A program made the position numbers and the translations under genes. DNA of 62,567 nucleotides, the filler included. It is 6 parts of 6 records of this genome, joined end to end, with 100 filler letters (N's around TTAATTAATTAA, not from the genome) between each part and the next. Parts side by side here need not be neighbours in the genome. Positions count along the whole stretch, not along the records: positions 45,453 to 54,500 come from SRR31156797_5860; positions 54,601 to 62,567 come from SRR31156797_5861; 4 more parts are not named here. One strand, given 5' to 3'. Below the pieces are notes generated by a model. That model had not been told where the DNA came from. It made no database searches and saw nothing but the letters and a program-made list of their open reading frames with translations. This document shows, one piece after another, positions 51,950 through 62,400 of the stretch (its first letter is position 1; the number at the start of each line of letters is the position of its first letter).

Positions 51950-52048
51950 ACATAACAAACAGATACATCAGTTAGGCCTTCTATCAAGGATTTGAGTTCG
52001 CAATATCCGCACCAGCTTAACGGCCTGTAGATAAGCCGTGCGTTAATT
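51950..52048 (+). repeat. Degenerate attC site (99 bp)
   Basis: ACATAAC directly after the stop codon, GTTAATT, with AGGCC/GGCCT, ATC/GAT and GGAT/ATCC pairings. Confidence 0.65.
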
Positions 52049-52278
52049 CGATAAAGATAAAATTATGGTAAGAATGTATGTAATAAGATTGTACAAATTA
52101 TTGGATAAAAGATTTACTAATATTAGAGATTATTGAAATTGGAAATTATTTATATGATAGGCAAGTCAGGAAAAACGTTGTAATAAAACAAAACATGAAT
52201 ATGAGGTCATTCTAACAACTTTGAAATTAAATATAATTATTTTTTAATTTCAATAAAATAAATGTTAAAGGAGTATTT

Positions 52279-53031
52279 ATGGATAATAGACTAATAATTG
52301 CTATTTACTTCGACATAGAAAATATTAATCCAAAATTAGATATTAGTACATTACTAGATTCAATATCATTAAATATTGCAGAAGAAATGCAAGCTGTATT
52401 TGCTATAAAGCTAGCTTGTGGAAATGAAGAATCTATCAAAAAATTTATAAACAAACTAAGAGATCTGAATTTTGATATTAGAGTTGCACCACATGTATCA
52501 AGAAAGAACTTTAAGAATAGATCTGATCTAATCCTATCTCTCGAAGCCTTCGAAACTTTAGTGCACGAAAAACCAGAAATAGATTTATATGTATTTATTA
52601 CATCAGATACGGATTTTACAGTAATAATGGACAAACTGAGAAAATTTGGGAAAAGAGTGTGGTTAGTAACTAATGAAAGTACAAGTAATAATAAACTATT
52701 TTCAAATAGTTCGGATACAATACTAAAAATAGAAGATAATTTAGAAAAAGGCACAACAAACGAAAAAACAGATAATAAGACTAATTATAAAAATCTTGAT
52801 ACATTCAGTAAAGTATATATTGATGGTATAGTCAAAATTATTGACTCATTTGAAAAAGATAAATGGCATCCTTATTCAGCATTTGGAGTAAAAATGAAGA
52901 ACCTATACAAAGATTTCAGTTATAAAGGTCATAAGATTAATAGTCAAACAAAACTATTTAATGAATTAAAAAAACAAAATATGATAGAGATAAAAAAAAT
53001 AGATAAAATAGATCACTTTAGAGTATTATGA
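52279..53031 (+). CDS. NYN (LabA/DUF88, PIN-fold) domain protein with a probable C-terminal OST-HTH/LOTUS domain
   Basis: IYFDIEN, RSDL, TSDTDF..IMDKLRKFGKRV; AAGGAG RBS. Confidence 0.85.
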   Translation: MDNRLIIAIYFDIENINPKLDISTLLDSISLNIAEEMQAVFAIKLACGNEESIKKFINKLRDLNFDIRVAPHVSRKNFKNRSDLILSLEAFETLVHEKPEIDLYVFITSDTDFTVIMDKLRKFGKRVWLVTNESTSNNKLFSNSSDTILKIEDNLEKGTTNEKTDNKTNYKNLDTFSKVYIDGIVKIIDSFEKDKWHPYSAFGVKMKNLYKDFSYKGHKINSQTKLFNELKKQNMIEIKKIDKIDHFRVL

Positions 53032-53036
53032 TTGAG

Positions 53037-53151
53037 ATATAACATGCTTTTAGAACAGTCTGCTCTACTGTTAGACTATGTGTTTATTTGCTTCAAAGGC
53101 ATATAATCCGCTAGTTTACGAGTTTCAGTTGAAAGAAAAGCTATGTTTATG
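53037..53151 (+). repeat. Degenerate attC-like site (~115 bp)
   Basis: ATATAAC after the stop codon; AACAT-GCTTTT pairs with AAAAGC-T-ATGTT. Confidence 0.5.
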
Positions 53152-53436
53152 AGGAGATAGAATGAAGAAAAAAATGTTTTGGTTCATAAATATTTTTATT
53201 AAACATAAATCCATTAATTTAGTTTACATGTAGGAAACTAGTTTTATTACGTGTGAAATTGTGAGATTATGCTGTGGGTTATATATGATAGAAATTATTC
53301 AAAGTAAGCATGGAAAAAGATACAAAAAAAGACTTGAAAAAGTATATAAAGATAGAAGTCGATATTATCTAGTCAGTTTGAAGGATTAGATAGTATATAT
53401 GAGCAAGAACATTTTGGCCCAACTATAATTACTAAA

Positions 53437-54486
53437 GTGTCAGAGTTGCAAAAAATTGCAGAGGTAAATGGAAAAAAGTATTCTATTACTAACAAGAAAC
53501 TTTATTACTATGACATTAATTTAGAAGGTTTTAATGAAATAGAAATTCAGTTCAAAAACTGCATTCTCAAAGATTGTCGGTTAAGAAATGGTACTGCCGT
53601 TGTCAAAATTATATCAAACAATACTATTAATTCTATTAACTTTGAAAATGGGAGTTTTCAAATAGAGATAACGGGAAGTTTTGAAGTATTACAATTAAAT
53701 AATTGTAAAGCTACTCTTGATATGGACAGTGCATGTATTAAATATCTACAAATCCATAAAACTGAGATTAGTTTGTTCACAGCAAGGGGAATCGTAGAAA
53801 ATTTAAGATTAATCGATTCAGTATTAAATAGATTACTTCTTCAAGTTAATAAGTTATCAGAAATTGAGTTCTACCCAAAGAGTATAAAGGCTTCAAACTG
53901 TATTCAAAATAATGAGCTTAATTCACAGTATTATGAAACAATTAAAACATGTATTGAAATATGCAGAGTCCTTCAACAGAGATATGAAAAAAATGATAAA
54001 GACCAATGGTACTATTTTTTTATGCTTCAAAAAATACTAATGAACTACAAAATACCTGGTAGAAAGAGGGCAATTAATATATTTCTTAAGGAAAATGTAA
54101 AAGAATATGGATTGAAATTAAGTTTCTATAAAAGGAAAAGAGTTGCTGCTAAAAACTCTATATACCAGAAAAGTATTTTATTTGAAAAAATAGGTCATTA
54201 TTTTGTTAATCCAGATTTGATATTATTTGATATAATTAAAGTAATATTATTTTTTTCGGCAGTATATCTGTTTGTTGGCTTGGAACGAGATAATCAACTT
54301 GAGTTTTCATTGAAATTAATCATTTCAAATTTTACTGTAAAGTATGCTCTAATTAGTATATATAAATCAATTTATTTTAGTTTTACTACATTTTCTACAG
54401 TAGGCTATGGGGATTATAGAATACGTGATTTATTTGAAGTAATACCAATAATTGAAATGCTTTTAGGTGTATTTAGTGAAACTTAG
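53437..54486 (+). CDS. Protein with a beta-solenoid-like N-terminus and a two-TM potassium channel domain; both ends possibly damaged
   Basis: YFSFTTFSTVGYGD pore signature. GTG start without an RBS; the second TM helix ends abruptly near the contig end. Confidence 0.7.
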   Translation: MSELQKIAEVNGKKYSITNKKLYYYDINLEGFNEIEIQFKNCILKDCRLRNGTAVVKIISNNTINSINFENGSFQIEITGSFEVLQLNNCKATLDMDSACIKYLQIHKTEISLFTARGIVENLRLIDSVLNRLLLQVNKLSEIEFYPKSIKASNCIQNNELNSQYYETIKTCIEICRVLQQRYEKNDKDQWYYFFMLQKILMNYKIPGRKRAINIFLKENVKEYGLKLSFYKRKRVAAKNSIYQKSILFEKIGHYFVNPDLILFDIIKVILFFSAVYLFVGLERDNQLEFSLKLIISNFTVKYALISIYKSIYFSFTTFSTVGYGDYRIRDLFEVIPIIEMLLGVFSET

Positions 54487-54500
54487 AAACCCACCTCCTC

Positions 54501-54600
54501 NNNNNNNNNNNNNNNNNNNNNNNNNNNNNNNNNNNNNNNNNNNNTTAATTAATTAANNNNNNNNNNNNNNNNNNNNNNNNNNNNNNNNNNNNNNNNNNNN
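54501..54600. other. Artificial contig linker
   Basis: N run with TTAATTAATTAA. Confidence 0.97.
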
Positions 54601-54625
54601 AGACGGAGCATTGCTCCGTCTCTAC
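54601..54625 (-). repeat. GTAG-type REP-like palindrome
   Basis: On the - strand: GTAG-AGACGGAGCA-A-TGCTCCGTCT, a perfect 10-bp stem at the contig end. Confidence 0.6.
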
Positions 54626-54646
54626 CATAATATTCAATTTAATTAT

Positions 54647-55747
54647 TTACTTTAGAGCTTTAAGAATATCTTTCGCTTCTCTTACATGTGGTGATATTTC
54701 AAGGCTGTTAACGGTCTTTTCGTAATATAGTTTAGCAGTGCGTGTCATACCCATCTTAAGATAGACATCAGCGGTATATTTAGTTATGATTGAGCGATAC
54801 CAGGAATATTCTATAGCATCAAGTTCATATGCTTCATTAAAAAATCCGAGAGCATCTACATTTTCTTCTTTCAGCATGGCCCGAACACCTTTGATGTAGT
54901 CCTGCCTAGCTTTCCATCCATTTTCATTATCAAGCAGACCCTGCTTCAGAAGTCTGCTGATATGATTCTTATGTTTGTCCCCTTCTACCCATTTTGCTTC
55001 ATAATAACAGCATTCGGCAGCTACGCTTAAAGCTTCCAGATTGTCCGGATATTCTGCAAGCAACGCGGTGTATAATTCACGACAAACATCATAGTCAACT
55101 TTATCATACATGTATACGTACATTAAAACTATGGCAGCTTCCCATTTTGCAAATTGACCTTCATGATAAGCCTCCCAAAGATCATTAATGCCGTCCGTTT
55201 TGGAATTTGAGAAAATATTCGTCATGCCGAAATTCCCGCCGATAACCGAAAGGTAATAATCAAAAGAACCCGTACCGAATTTCATTTCGGTGTAATCTTT
55301 ATTGGAGTATTTATCAATTGTCATCTTGTTTGCCAATATCCTGGGAGCTTCTTTCAGGATCTTCATGTATTCCATTTTATTCAGGTACACTCGCATTTTA
55401 CCGGCAAGAAGCACAGTATAAAAGAACTGCGCATCAACATCCGAAGGATTATCCTTTAAGTAGCTTTCAAAAATGGGACGATAAGTTAAAATGACCTTAT
55501 CAGCTTCATCACCGGCAATATCATAATTGGCATTAGAAAGGTTTTTACGAATATTTGCATAAGAATAAAAAGCGTAGTACGGAAAAGGATCGTTTGTTGT
55601 TTTCATTTGCTCTTTAAAATAATCTATCGCTTCATCATACTGATAGTTATAGAAAAGGTCGAAACCCTTTTCAAAATCTTTATCCATTGCAAAAAGTCCT
55701 GATATAAATGCCAGGACGATCAATAAAATATTTAGTGTTTTTTTCAT
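54647..55747 (-). CDS. Secreted TPR-like helical protein
   Basis: Signal peptide MKKTLNILLIVLAFISGLFA (ATG 55747 overlaps the upstream stop) and TPR-like helices. Confidence 0.7.
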   Translation of the reverse strand: MKKTLNILLIVLAFISGLFAMDKDFEKGFDLFYNYQYDEAIDYFKEQMKTTNDPFPYYAFYSYANIRKNLSNANYDIAGDEADKVILTYRPIFESYLKDNPSDVDAQFFYTVLLAGKMRVYLNKMEYMKILKEAPRILANKMTIDKYSNKDYTEMKFGTGSFDYYLSVIGGNFGMTNIFSNSKTDGINDLWEAYHEGQFAKWEAAIVLMYVYMYDKVDYDVCRELYTALLAEYPDNLEALSVAAECCYYEAKWVEGDKHKNHISRLLKQGLLDNENGWKARQDYIKGVRAMLKEENVDALGFFNEAYELDAIEYSWYRSIITKYTADVYLKMGMTRTAKLYYEKTVNSLEISPHVREAKDILKALK

Positions 55748-56172
55748 TTGATAACCAGGATCTTGGAGGGAACCACCCATGCATATTTAAAGCCTTGTCT
55801 CTGCATTGCCGTCTGCATGGTCAAGGCCTCTTCGTTGGTTATATAATTGCCGATACGGACTTTATAGTTCGGGGGCTCAAAGTCCACATAGACCGGCATA
55901 TTGTATAATGAATCGGCTTGTGCCTTGATACTGATAGCTTCATTAAGCTTCTGGGTGGATATCAATTGAATACGATAACCCATTTTTTCAATATACTCTT
56001 TGTTCAACTTTGAAGGATCCTGTTTAAAGACCTCATCCTCTGAGTAAAGGATCGTCTTAAATTCCTTGAATTTATATTTTTTCCTGACTTTTGAAGGATG
56101 CAGAAATTCCTGCTGTGTCGTTTGAGCGAACAGGCTTGTGATCAATAATAATGTTATCAGGATCTTTTTCAT
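55744..56172 (-). CDS. SPOR domain protein
   Basis: Signal peptide, GYRIQL...PNYKVRIGNY...GFKYAWVV. Confidence 0.85.
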   Translation of the reverse strand: MKKILITLLLITSLFAQTTQQEFLHPSKVRKKYKFKEFKTILYSEDEVFKQDPSKLNKEYIEKMGYRIQLISTQKLNEAISIKAQADSLYNMPVYVDFEPPNYKVRIGNYITNEEALTMQTAMQRQGFKYAWVVPSKILVIK

Positions 56173-56954
56173 TCTTCGATCTCTCCGATCGCCGGACCGG
56201 GTATCCAGCCGACTTTGTCATCAAAATACGAAATATTTGACCAGGAATCCTCAATATTCTTATTTACTTTAACCTTGGATCCTTCATGCAGAATGAACAA
56301 GACCGTCGCATCTTTGGACGGTTCGGAAAAAACATGGACTTCATCTTCAAGGATAATAGCATATTTTTCAGTATTTCTTTTATGAGCAGTATTGATCGTT
56401 ACCGCTGAAAATATCAGGATAAAGCTTAGAAAGACAGACAAAACTGTAATATATGACCCTTTTCTTGATCTATCATCTTTTCTGACTGACCTACGGATCC
56501 ATCCTAGCAGAAACAACATTATCGCTAAAAGAAATCCGATAAACAGAATTGCAATATCCAAGGGCAATTGCTTTTGTATTTGCGCGTACCATCTGAATAA
56601 GGGAAACATATCCGGAAGGACAACTTTATCAACCAGAAGTTGTTCGGCTATCGATAGGTTGTAATTAACATCAGCTTGCGAAGGTGAGATCAGCTTTGCT
56701 TTTTCCCAGTATCGTATTGCATTCCCCAATTCACCATTGCGATAATATGAATTCCCAAGATTATAATATAATTCCCAGCTTACTTGTCCCTTTTCCAGCA
56801 ATTGAGTAAATGACTTTATTGCTTTGTCATATTCTTCTGCCGCATAGGACGATACACCCTGTTTGAACAGAAGCTCACGATCCATCCCGACAGCAAATGA
56901 TGAAGCGGTCATCAGGATGATCAATATGAAAATTGGTAAAATATTACGCTTCAT
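56169..56954 (-). CDS. batE: BatE-like TPR + SH3 protein
   Basis: LYYNLGNSYYR..LGNAI..WEKA, two TM helices, LFILHEGSKV...GWI. Confidence 0.82.
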   Translation of the reverse strand: MKRNILPIFILIILMTASSFAVGMDRELLFKQGVSSYAAEEYDKAIKSFTQLLEKGQVSWELYYNLGNSYYRNGELGNAIRYWEKAKLISPSQADVNYNLSIAEQLLVDKVVLPDMFPLFRWYAQIQKQLPLDIAILFIGFLLAIMLFLLGWIRRSVRKDDRSRKGSYITVLSVFLSFILIFSAVTINTAHKRNTEKYAIILEDEVHVFSEPSKDATVLFILHEGSKVKVNKNIEDSWSNISYFDDKVGWIPGPAIGEIEE

Positions 56955-58647
56955 TTTTTTCAATTTCCTCGATCAGCTTCAGCGACTGATCTTTCAGCTT
57001 ATTCAATTGAGCATGAGAAAGCATGCCCGGAGCATATTTATAAGTTTCTATGGTTTTTATCACATCGGGAATATCTTTATGTGCATCTTCATTTAATTGT
57101 TTATCACTAAGATAAGTTCTAAAAGCGAACTCTATTTCGCTTAAAACCGTAGCGGGGTCTTGTTCGTTATCTATTTTATTATAATAGCTTAGCGCGTTCC
57201 GTAGAGCGTTTTTATAACGGATCTGTTTCATGTTTGTCTTCCGGATCCGCCAGATCACTTCCAAAATGGCAAAAACAAAGATCAAACAGGCAGACATATA
57301 GAAAAATATCCAATTCAATGGTTTTTTCACAGGATCATGCCCAATATCAACGATCTTTCCTTCATCCATTTGCACAAAACGTATATCTTTTGACAATAAT
57401 CTTACTTCATCTGCAGATAACCGTGATGCATAATCACCCTCTAGTTCATTATGTGATACAACACGAAGTTCCGGAATAGGTTTTTCGATCGTTATATACC
57501 GGCCTTTATCAGGTGAGAAATAGGTGAATTTTATATCATGAAACCTAAAAGTACCGGGTTTCGAAGGGATCAGAACATATTCCCATGAACGAGTTCCGCG
57601 ATAATCCTGATCGCGTAATTTAAAATTATTTTCCGTTTTAGGCTCAAAGACCTCGAAAGCATCAGAGAAGATCTGTTCCGGAAAGGCAAAATGTTCCATA
57701 TTGCCATGTCCTTTCAGCTCAACTCTCAGTGCCGTTGCCTGATTTTCTTGAATAATTGTACTGTCGATAGACGCCTTTAAACTAAACTCTCCTATCGCTC
57801 CTGTAAATGCCGTTCCGGCAGATGCGGGCAAAGGGATGACTGTTATCGTATCTGCAGGAGAGACTAGATTGATATCTTTTGTGCTTGTGCCAAAGAAGGG
57901 ATCGTCAAAAACGTTCCTGGTTTGTCCACTGCGTTTTACAGATATCCTGAAAGGCTTTGCAGGAATAATAAATTCGCCTGTTGACGTTGGAGTAAGTGTC
58001 AAGGTAGCTATACCGGCAATAAGGTATTCTTTACCGTTGACGATCTTTTTGGAAGAGGCCGGTGAGTTACTTAGATCAAATCTATCAACAATAAAACCAT
58101 CTAAAGTACTTAATGGGTTCGTTGTATAATTCACAACGGCTTCTGCAGTATATAGATAATAATTCAAGGTAAAAGTCTCACCTTGGTATACTTTGTTCTT
58201 GAAAGATTCTGTTTCCATGAACATTGAAGGCAATTCAGCTTCGGGATCAGAGGTATCTGCCGCAGGTGCTTTACTGACCATCACAGTGATGGGATCCGTC
58301 TTATACACAATATTCTTAATTTTGAATTCATATGCCGGAATAAGAAATTTGCCCGATCTCTTTGCTATGATATCATATGTTACTTTGTTTGTAGAGGTGG
58401 CTTTGCCGTTCACCCATGAATAGTTGGTTGAGGAATAGGGACCGCCGACAATACTGAATTTATCATGCAGTTTTAGATCAATTGACCTTGGTGAATTTTT
58501 AATATTCTCAAAAGTAAAGACGATCTGTACCTGTTCTTGCATAGAAAAACGGGTTTTTGTGACCGTACAAGTCGCCCGCTGCGCCCATAATCCGCTTGTG
58601 ATCATTAAGATCACCAATACCGGTAAGAATTTCTTAAACTTTACCAT
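56944..58647 (-). CDS. batD: BatD family protein
   Basis: GPYSS..SWVNG, VYQGE, DDPFF, FTGAIGEF, GHGN, YFSP. Confidence 0.82.
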   Translation of the reverse strand: MVKFKKFLPVLVILMITSGLWAQRATCTVTKTRFSMQEQVQIVFTFENIKNSPRSIDLKLHDKFSIVGGPYSSTNYSWVNGKATSTNKVTYDIIAKRSGKFLIPAYEFKIKNIVYKTDPITVMVSKAPAADTSDPEAELPSMFMETESFKNKVYQGETFTLNYYLYTAEAVVNYTTNPLSTLDGFIVDRFDLSNSPASSKKIVNGKEYLIAGIATLTLTPTSTGEFIIPAKPFRISVKRSGQTRNVFDDPFFGTSTKDINLVSPADTITVIPLPASAGTAFTGAIGEFSLKASIDSTIIQENQATALRVELKGHGNMEHFAFPEQIFSDAFEVFEPKTENNFKLRDQDYRGTRSWEYVLIPSKPGTFRFHDIKFTYFSPDKGRYITIEKPIPELRVVSHNELEGDYASRLSADEVRLLSKDIRFVQMDEGKIVDIGHDPVKKPLNWIFFYMSACLIFVFAILEVIWRIRKTNMKQIRYKNALRNALSYYNKIDNEQDPATVLSEIEFAFRTYLSDKQLNEDAHKDIPDVIKTIETYKYAPGMLSHAQLNKLKDQSLKLIEEIEKNEA

Positions 58648-59417
58648 TCTTTACTTCGTTTGATCTTCTTCCTTTTTGCCTGGCTCAAGATCAGCTTTTT
58701 CATGGATTCTTTTTCATCTTCTTTCATGGCATTCAGGATATTTTTGGCCTGTTCTTTTGTCAGATCCTGTGCCTGAAGATCTTCTTCCGTCAATTGGGAA
58801 TCCTGTTGTTGCTGTTGTTGCTGCTGTTGTTTCTCTTGCTCTTGTTCCTGCTGATCAGGAGGCGTATCCTCTTCACGAGGATCTTGCTTTTGTTCATCTT
58901 CCTGTTGCTGTTTATCCTGTTTCTCTTGCTGCTCCTGATCCTTGTTTTCTTGATCTTGGCTATTGGAATCTGAGTTTTGCTGTTGTTCTTGCTGTTGCCC
59001 TTGCTGCATACGTTTGATATGCTCGTACATGATCTTGGAATTTGGATCTTCCGGATCATAGATCATGCTTTTCATGAAGTGAGCAAGCGCTTCTTCGGTA
59101 TTCTGTTGTTCAAGTGACAGCTGCCCAAGATTATAGTGAGCTTTTGCAAGTTGCTTTTCGTTATCTGTTGCCAAACTTTGCATCAGTAATGAATTCGCCT
59201 TTTCAAGATCTTTTTGCGCAAGAGCGGCCGTACCGCTGTTGTACATGATCTTTTCATTCTCTTTATCTTTATTCAAACGGGCATCATAGTAATCCCCGGC
59301 TTTTTTATAATCACCTTTGTAAAAGGCATTTATACCAGGATCTTTTGCCCATACCTGTCCATTCACGATCAGAATGAGCATAGCAAGTTGAATGATCTTT
59401 TTATCTATTCGCTTCAT
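58641..59417 (-). CDS. batC: BatC-like TPR protein with a Q/E-rich linker
   Basis: TPR motifs (AHYNLG), poly-Q region, LTKEQAKNILNAM...KEW end. Confidence 0.8.
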   Translation of the reverse strand: MKRIDKKIIQLAMLILIVNGQVWAKDPGINAFYKGDYKKAGDYYDARLNKDKENEKIMYNSGTAALAQKDLEKANSLLMQSLATDNEKQLAKAHYNLGQLSLEQQNTEEALAHFMKSMIYDPEDPNSKIMYEHIKRMQQGQQQEQQQNSDSNSQDQENKDQEQQEKQDKQQQEDEQKQDPREEDTPPDQQEQEQEKQQQQQQQQQDSQLTEEDLQAQDLTKEQAKNILNAMKEDEKESMKKLILSQAKRKKIKRSKEW

Positions 59418-59459
59418 ACGCAAGATGAAATGTTCTTTCGCTCGTCTTGTTCCAAAAAA

Positions 59460-62400
59460 CTATTTATTCACCGAAGATTTTTTGCGTCCGTCCTTGGTGA
59501 CTTCCTGAATAATATCCTGATCGTTCTCAAAGAAATCAAGAATATGCTTCATCAGGGCGTTCCGCGACTCTTCAGATCGAATACATTCAAAAGGAAACCC
59601 CAGGATAACGGTATTGTAATCTTCACCATTCCATGCAACTCCTGCTGAAACATTATTTTCGGTATAACGCAGGACTGTAACACCCTCGCTTCCATCAGCA
59701 GGTTCTATACCATCCGGGTTTTCTGCTCCATAAATAGCAGGATTAAATCCGGTCTCAAATTCATAACTTATATCATTGCCGAATAATTTTGTATTGTTTG
59801 CATATACATTACCGTTTCGAACGGCATGATCTGTACGCCATTTGTATTTTAGCACGCGTTCCGCAAACGCGATCTTGCTGGTATCGTCTAGAAGATCAGT
59901 TCCAATATAAGCCCCGCTTACGAATACATTACCGCCCATGTTCGTAAAATCTTCTACAGCTCCGGCAAAAGGACGTGGAAAGATCCTGAATCGGGGTTGC
60001 TTTATAGGCTTAGGCCAGGGTGTTGCCTTTTGTTCGCCGTAAATAATATCCATAACATTATAATCATCAAGTGTAACCATTCCCAAGGCAACCGCTTCAT
60101 CGGAAGCGGAATCAAATGAATAACCTGCTTCTACAATGGCTTTCCCGTGCAAGTAAGGATAATCTTTAGTATTTCCAACAACGACCGTTGATTCCATATC
60201 GCCATAACTTGCACCGTTTCCGGGTGAATCATCATCCAGCCATTTGGAATTGGCATCAAAATCGTATTGAGAGCCCGTGTAGCTCAGGTCATAGCCATCC
60301 GGTACGCTTTTACCCCAGGAATCCATAAACCCGAGATATTTGTCGGTTTCAAGTCGTTCAGGACCTGAAACTCTGTCAAAACCGTTTACAACCAACACTT
60401 TTTCCTTGCCGGGAATATTGCAAACTGAAACAATTTCAGAGGGAAAACTCTCTCCTCCGTCATTCAGGGCTGTCACTTTAAAACTATATATTACACCCGG
60501 GTCTACAGATGGGATCATGCATTGTTTATCGTCCAGTAAGATACCGTCATCCCATCCGCCATTGTCCTTTTTAGTATAAACCATGTATTTTTGAGGTACT
60601 GCTGTAGGTTCAAGCGGATCAAGTACAGCCTGCCATTTAATGCGGATCACCTTACCGTGCAGGATCTCTGCCATCACATGTGAAGGTGGTAAAGGTTGAA
60701 CAACATAATCAAAGCCATATTGTTCAGACATGAATTTCAACATACCTTTATAGATCGAACGACTTGCATCAAAACGGAATTGAGGATCATTACCAAATTT
60801 CATATCCAGATAATTGTGATGAGAGTGCAATTCAAGCAAAGCGGCCGGTACATTCGGACGCCATGCTTCACTGTATGCCCTGTCCCACATACCTCTTCGG
60901 TTCCAACCGGGATCATATTTTGAATATATATCATCTACGATCTGGGTTTGAATAATATCCGCCAGATCACGGTTCACATATCGTGATTGACCATCCGGAA
61001 AAGTCAGTTCCGCCGAGTCACCGGGAGCATCCCAATTGGTTTCGCCACCTTTGCTGCTATAGATCAATAAAGTACCTATGACAGTATCATTACGTGTCGT
61101 ACCGGCATCGGTATGGAATGCAAAAGACAGATCGATGGGAATACCCAGACCCGCCGTATCGCGGTTCGCTGTTGGACCGAAGGGTGCACCCTTTAAATAA
61201 TTGACCCATTCTCCGCGTGATTTGTAATCATCATTATAATCAACGGTATCCTGATGGATATTATAAACCATTTCAGGCATACCGGCATATTGCAAGTAGT
61301 AACGTGCGGCTTCCACCCAACGTGGACGTCCCGAAAGAAGTCCATTACGCTGAATATCACCCATACCACCACCAAAGCGAACGGCATCAGCCGTGATATA
61401 TTTCGTATTGCTCAATTTATTGGCCTTTACGATCACGCGATTGTCAGCATCTTTAAGGAATTTGAATTTACCTAAAAAGATCCATGTTTCACCACCGATC
61501 TGCTGATTGACAAGGAACTCGGTCCTGCCACCGGCATGGTGAACGATATATTTGGCATCATTGACGTTGTTTTCGTCATGATGATAAGAAACATAAACAC
61601 AATATTCACCGTCTTCGGGGATATCGGCATTGTATTCTACCGAAGCATATTGATCATTTGCCAGATGCTTGCGATATGTACCGAAAAGAAATGGATTATC
61701 GCCGGAAACATAGGGTTTTTCACCTTCGGCGAAACCTATGCCACCATCTTCCCATGTTCCGGTTTCAGAATATCCGCTTGCCGGATCATCATTATCGATA
61801 ATGACCTCATTTGTATTGAAATCACGTTCACGAGGTAAAAATGTATTTGCACCCGCATTTTCCAGCATGGGGACCAGATACTGCAAAACATATGAGGTAG
61901 GATAGATATCCTCAACTACCTGGAAATTCCGCGCCCGTTGCCATTCCCAGCGATGCAGTGAATTCTCGTAGTACCAGCCATGTGAGTTCCAAAGGGCAAT
62001 ATGACGACCATAGAGTCCACTTGACGGCACGAAAGGCTTGGAATTGTTCCGTACAATAGGTTCGATCTCCTGAGGATCTACAGGCAATTTATTCATTGTG
62101 CGATCATCAGGATTATCAATGTAAAAATTCGGGATCAGCGTTTCGATGGGGACATCGGTAGAATATAAAGTAAGGTCTACTTCCCCATCCAGAGCCTCTT
62201 CGAAATAATCGTAGATGTTTTGAACACCTTCTTCACGCAGGGGCCTGTATGCAAAATAACGGTTGAAATAAATATCGGCATGCAAACTGTCTTCATTGTA
62301 GATCAATGTATCCAGTCTTGCATAACGCATCATTTCAACATCTTCCAGTCTTCCTGCTTTGGCATCTTGCAGAAAATCCTGTGTTGCGTTATATATCTGC

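Larger units (their letters stand above)
45665..54500 (+). mobile_element. Integron-type gene cassette array (no integrase in the contig)
   Basis: Co-oriented unrelated ORFs separated by ~100-115 bp TAAC...GTT imperfect palindromes, with exact 9-bp complementarity between cassette start and end. Confidence 0.85.

Noticed and set aside
46383-53151. Intergenic palindromes as a CRISPR array or simple terminators
   Set aside because: They are not identical repeats, they are separated by whole genes, they lack U tracts, and they carry TAAC/GTT ends typical of attC.
13990-54600. Recurrent TTAATTAATTAA within N runs as a biological repeat, and gene neighbourhoods across these runs
   Set aside because: These are identical 100-nt artificial linkers, and composition and gene style change at each one.
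58800-59010. CAG/CAA-rich tract as a tandem repeat element
   Set aside because: It encodes the usual Q/E-rich linker of BatC-like proteins.
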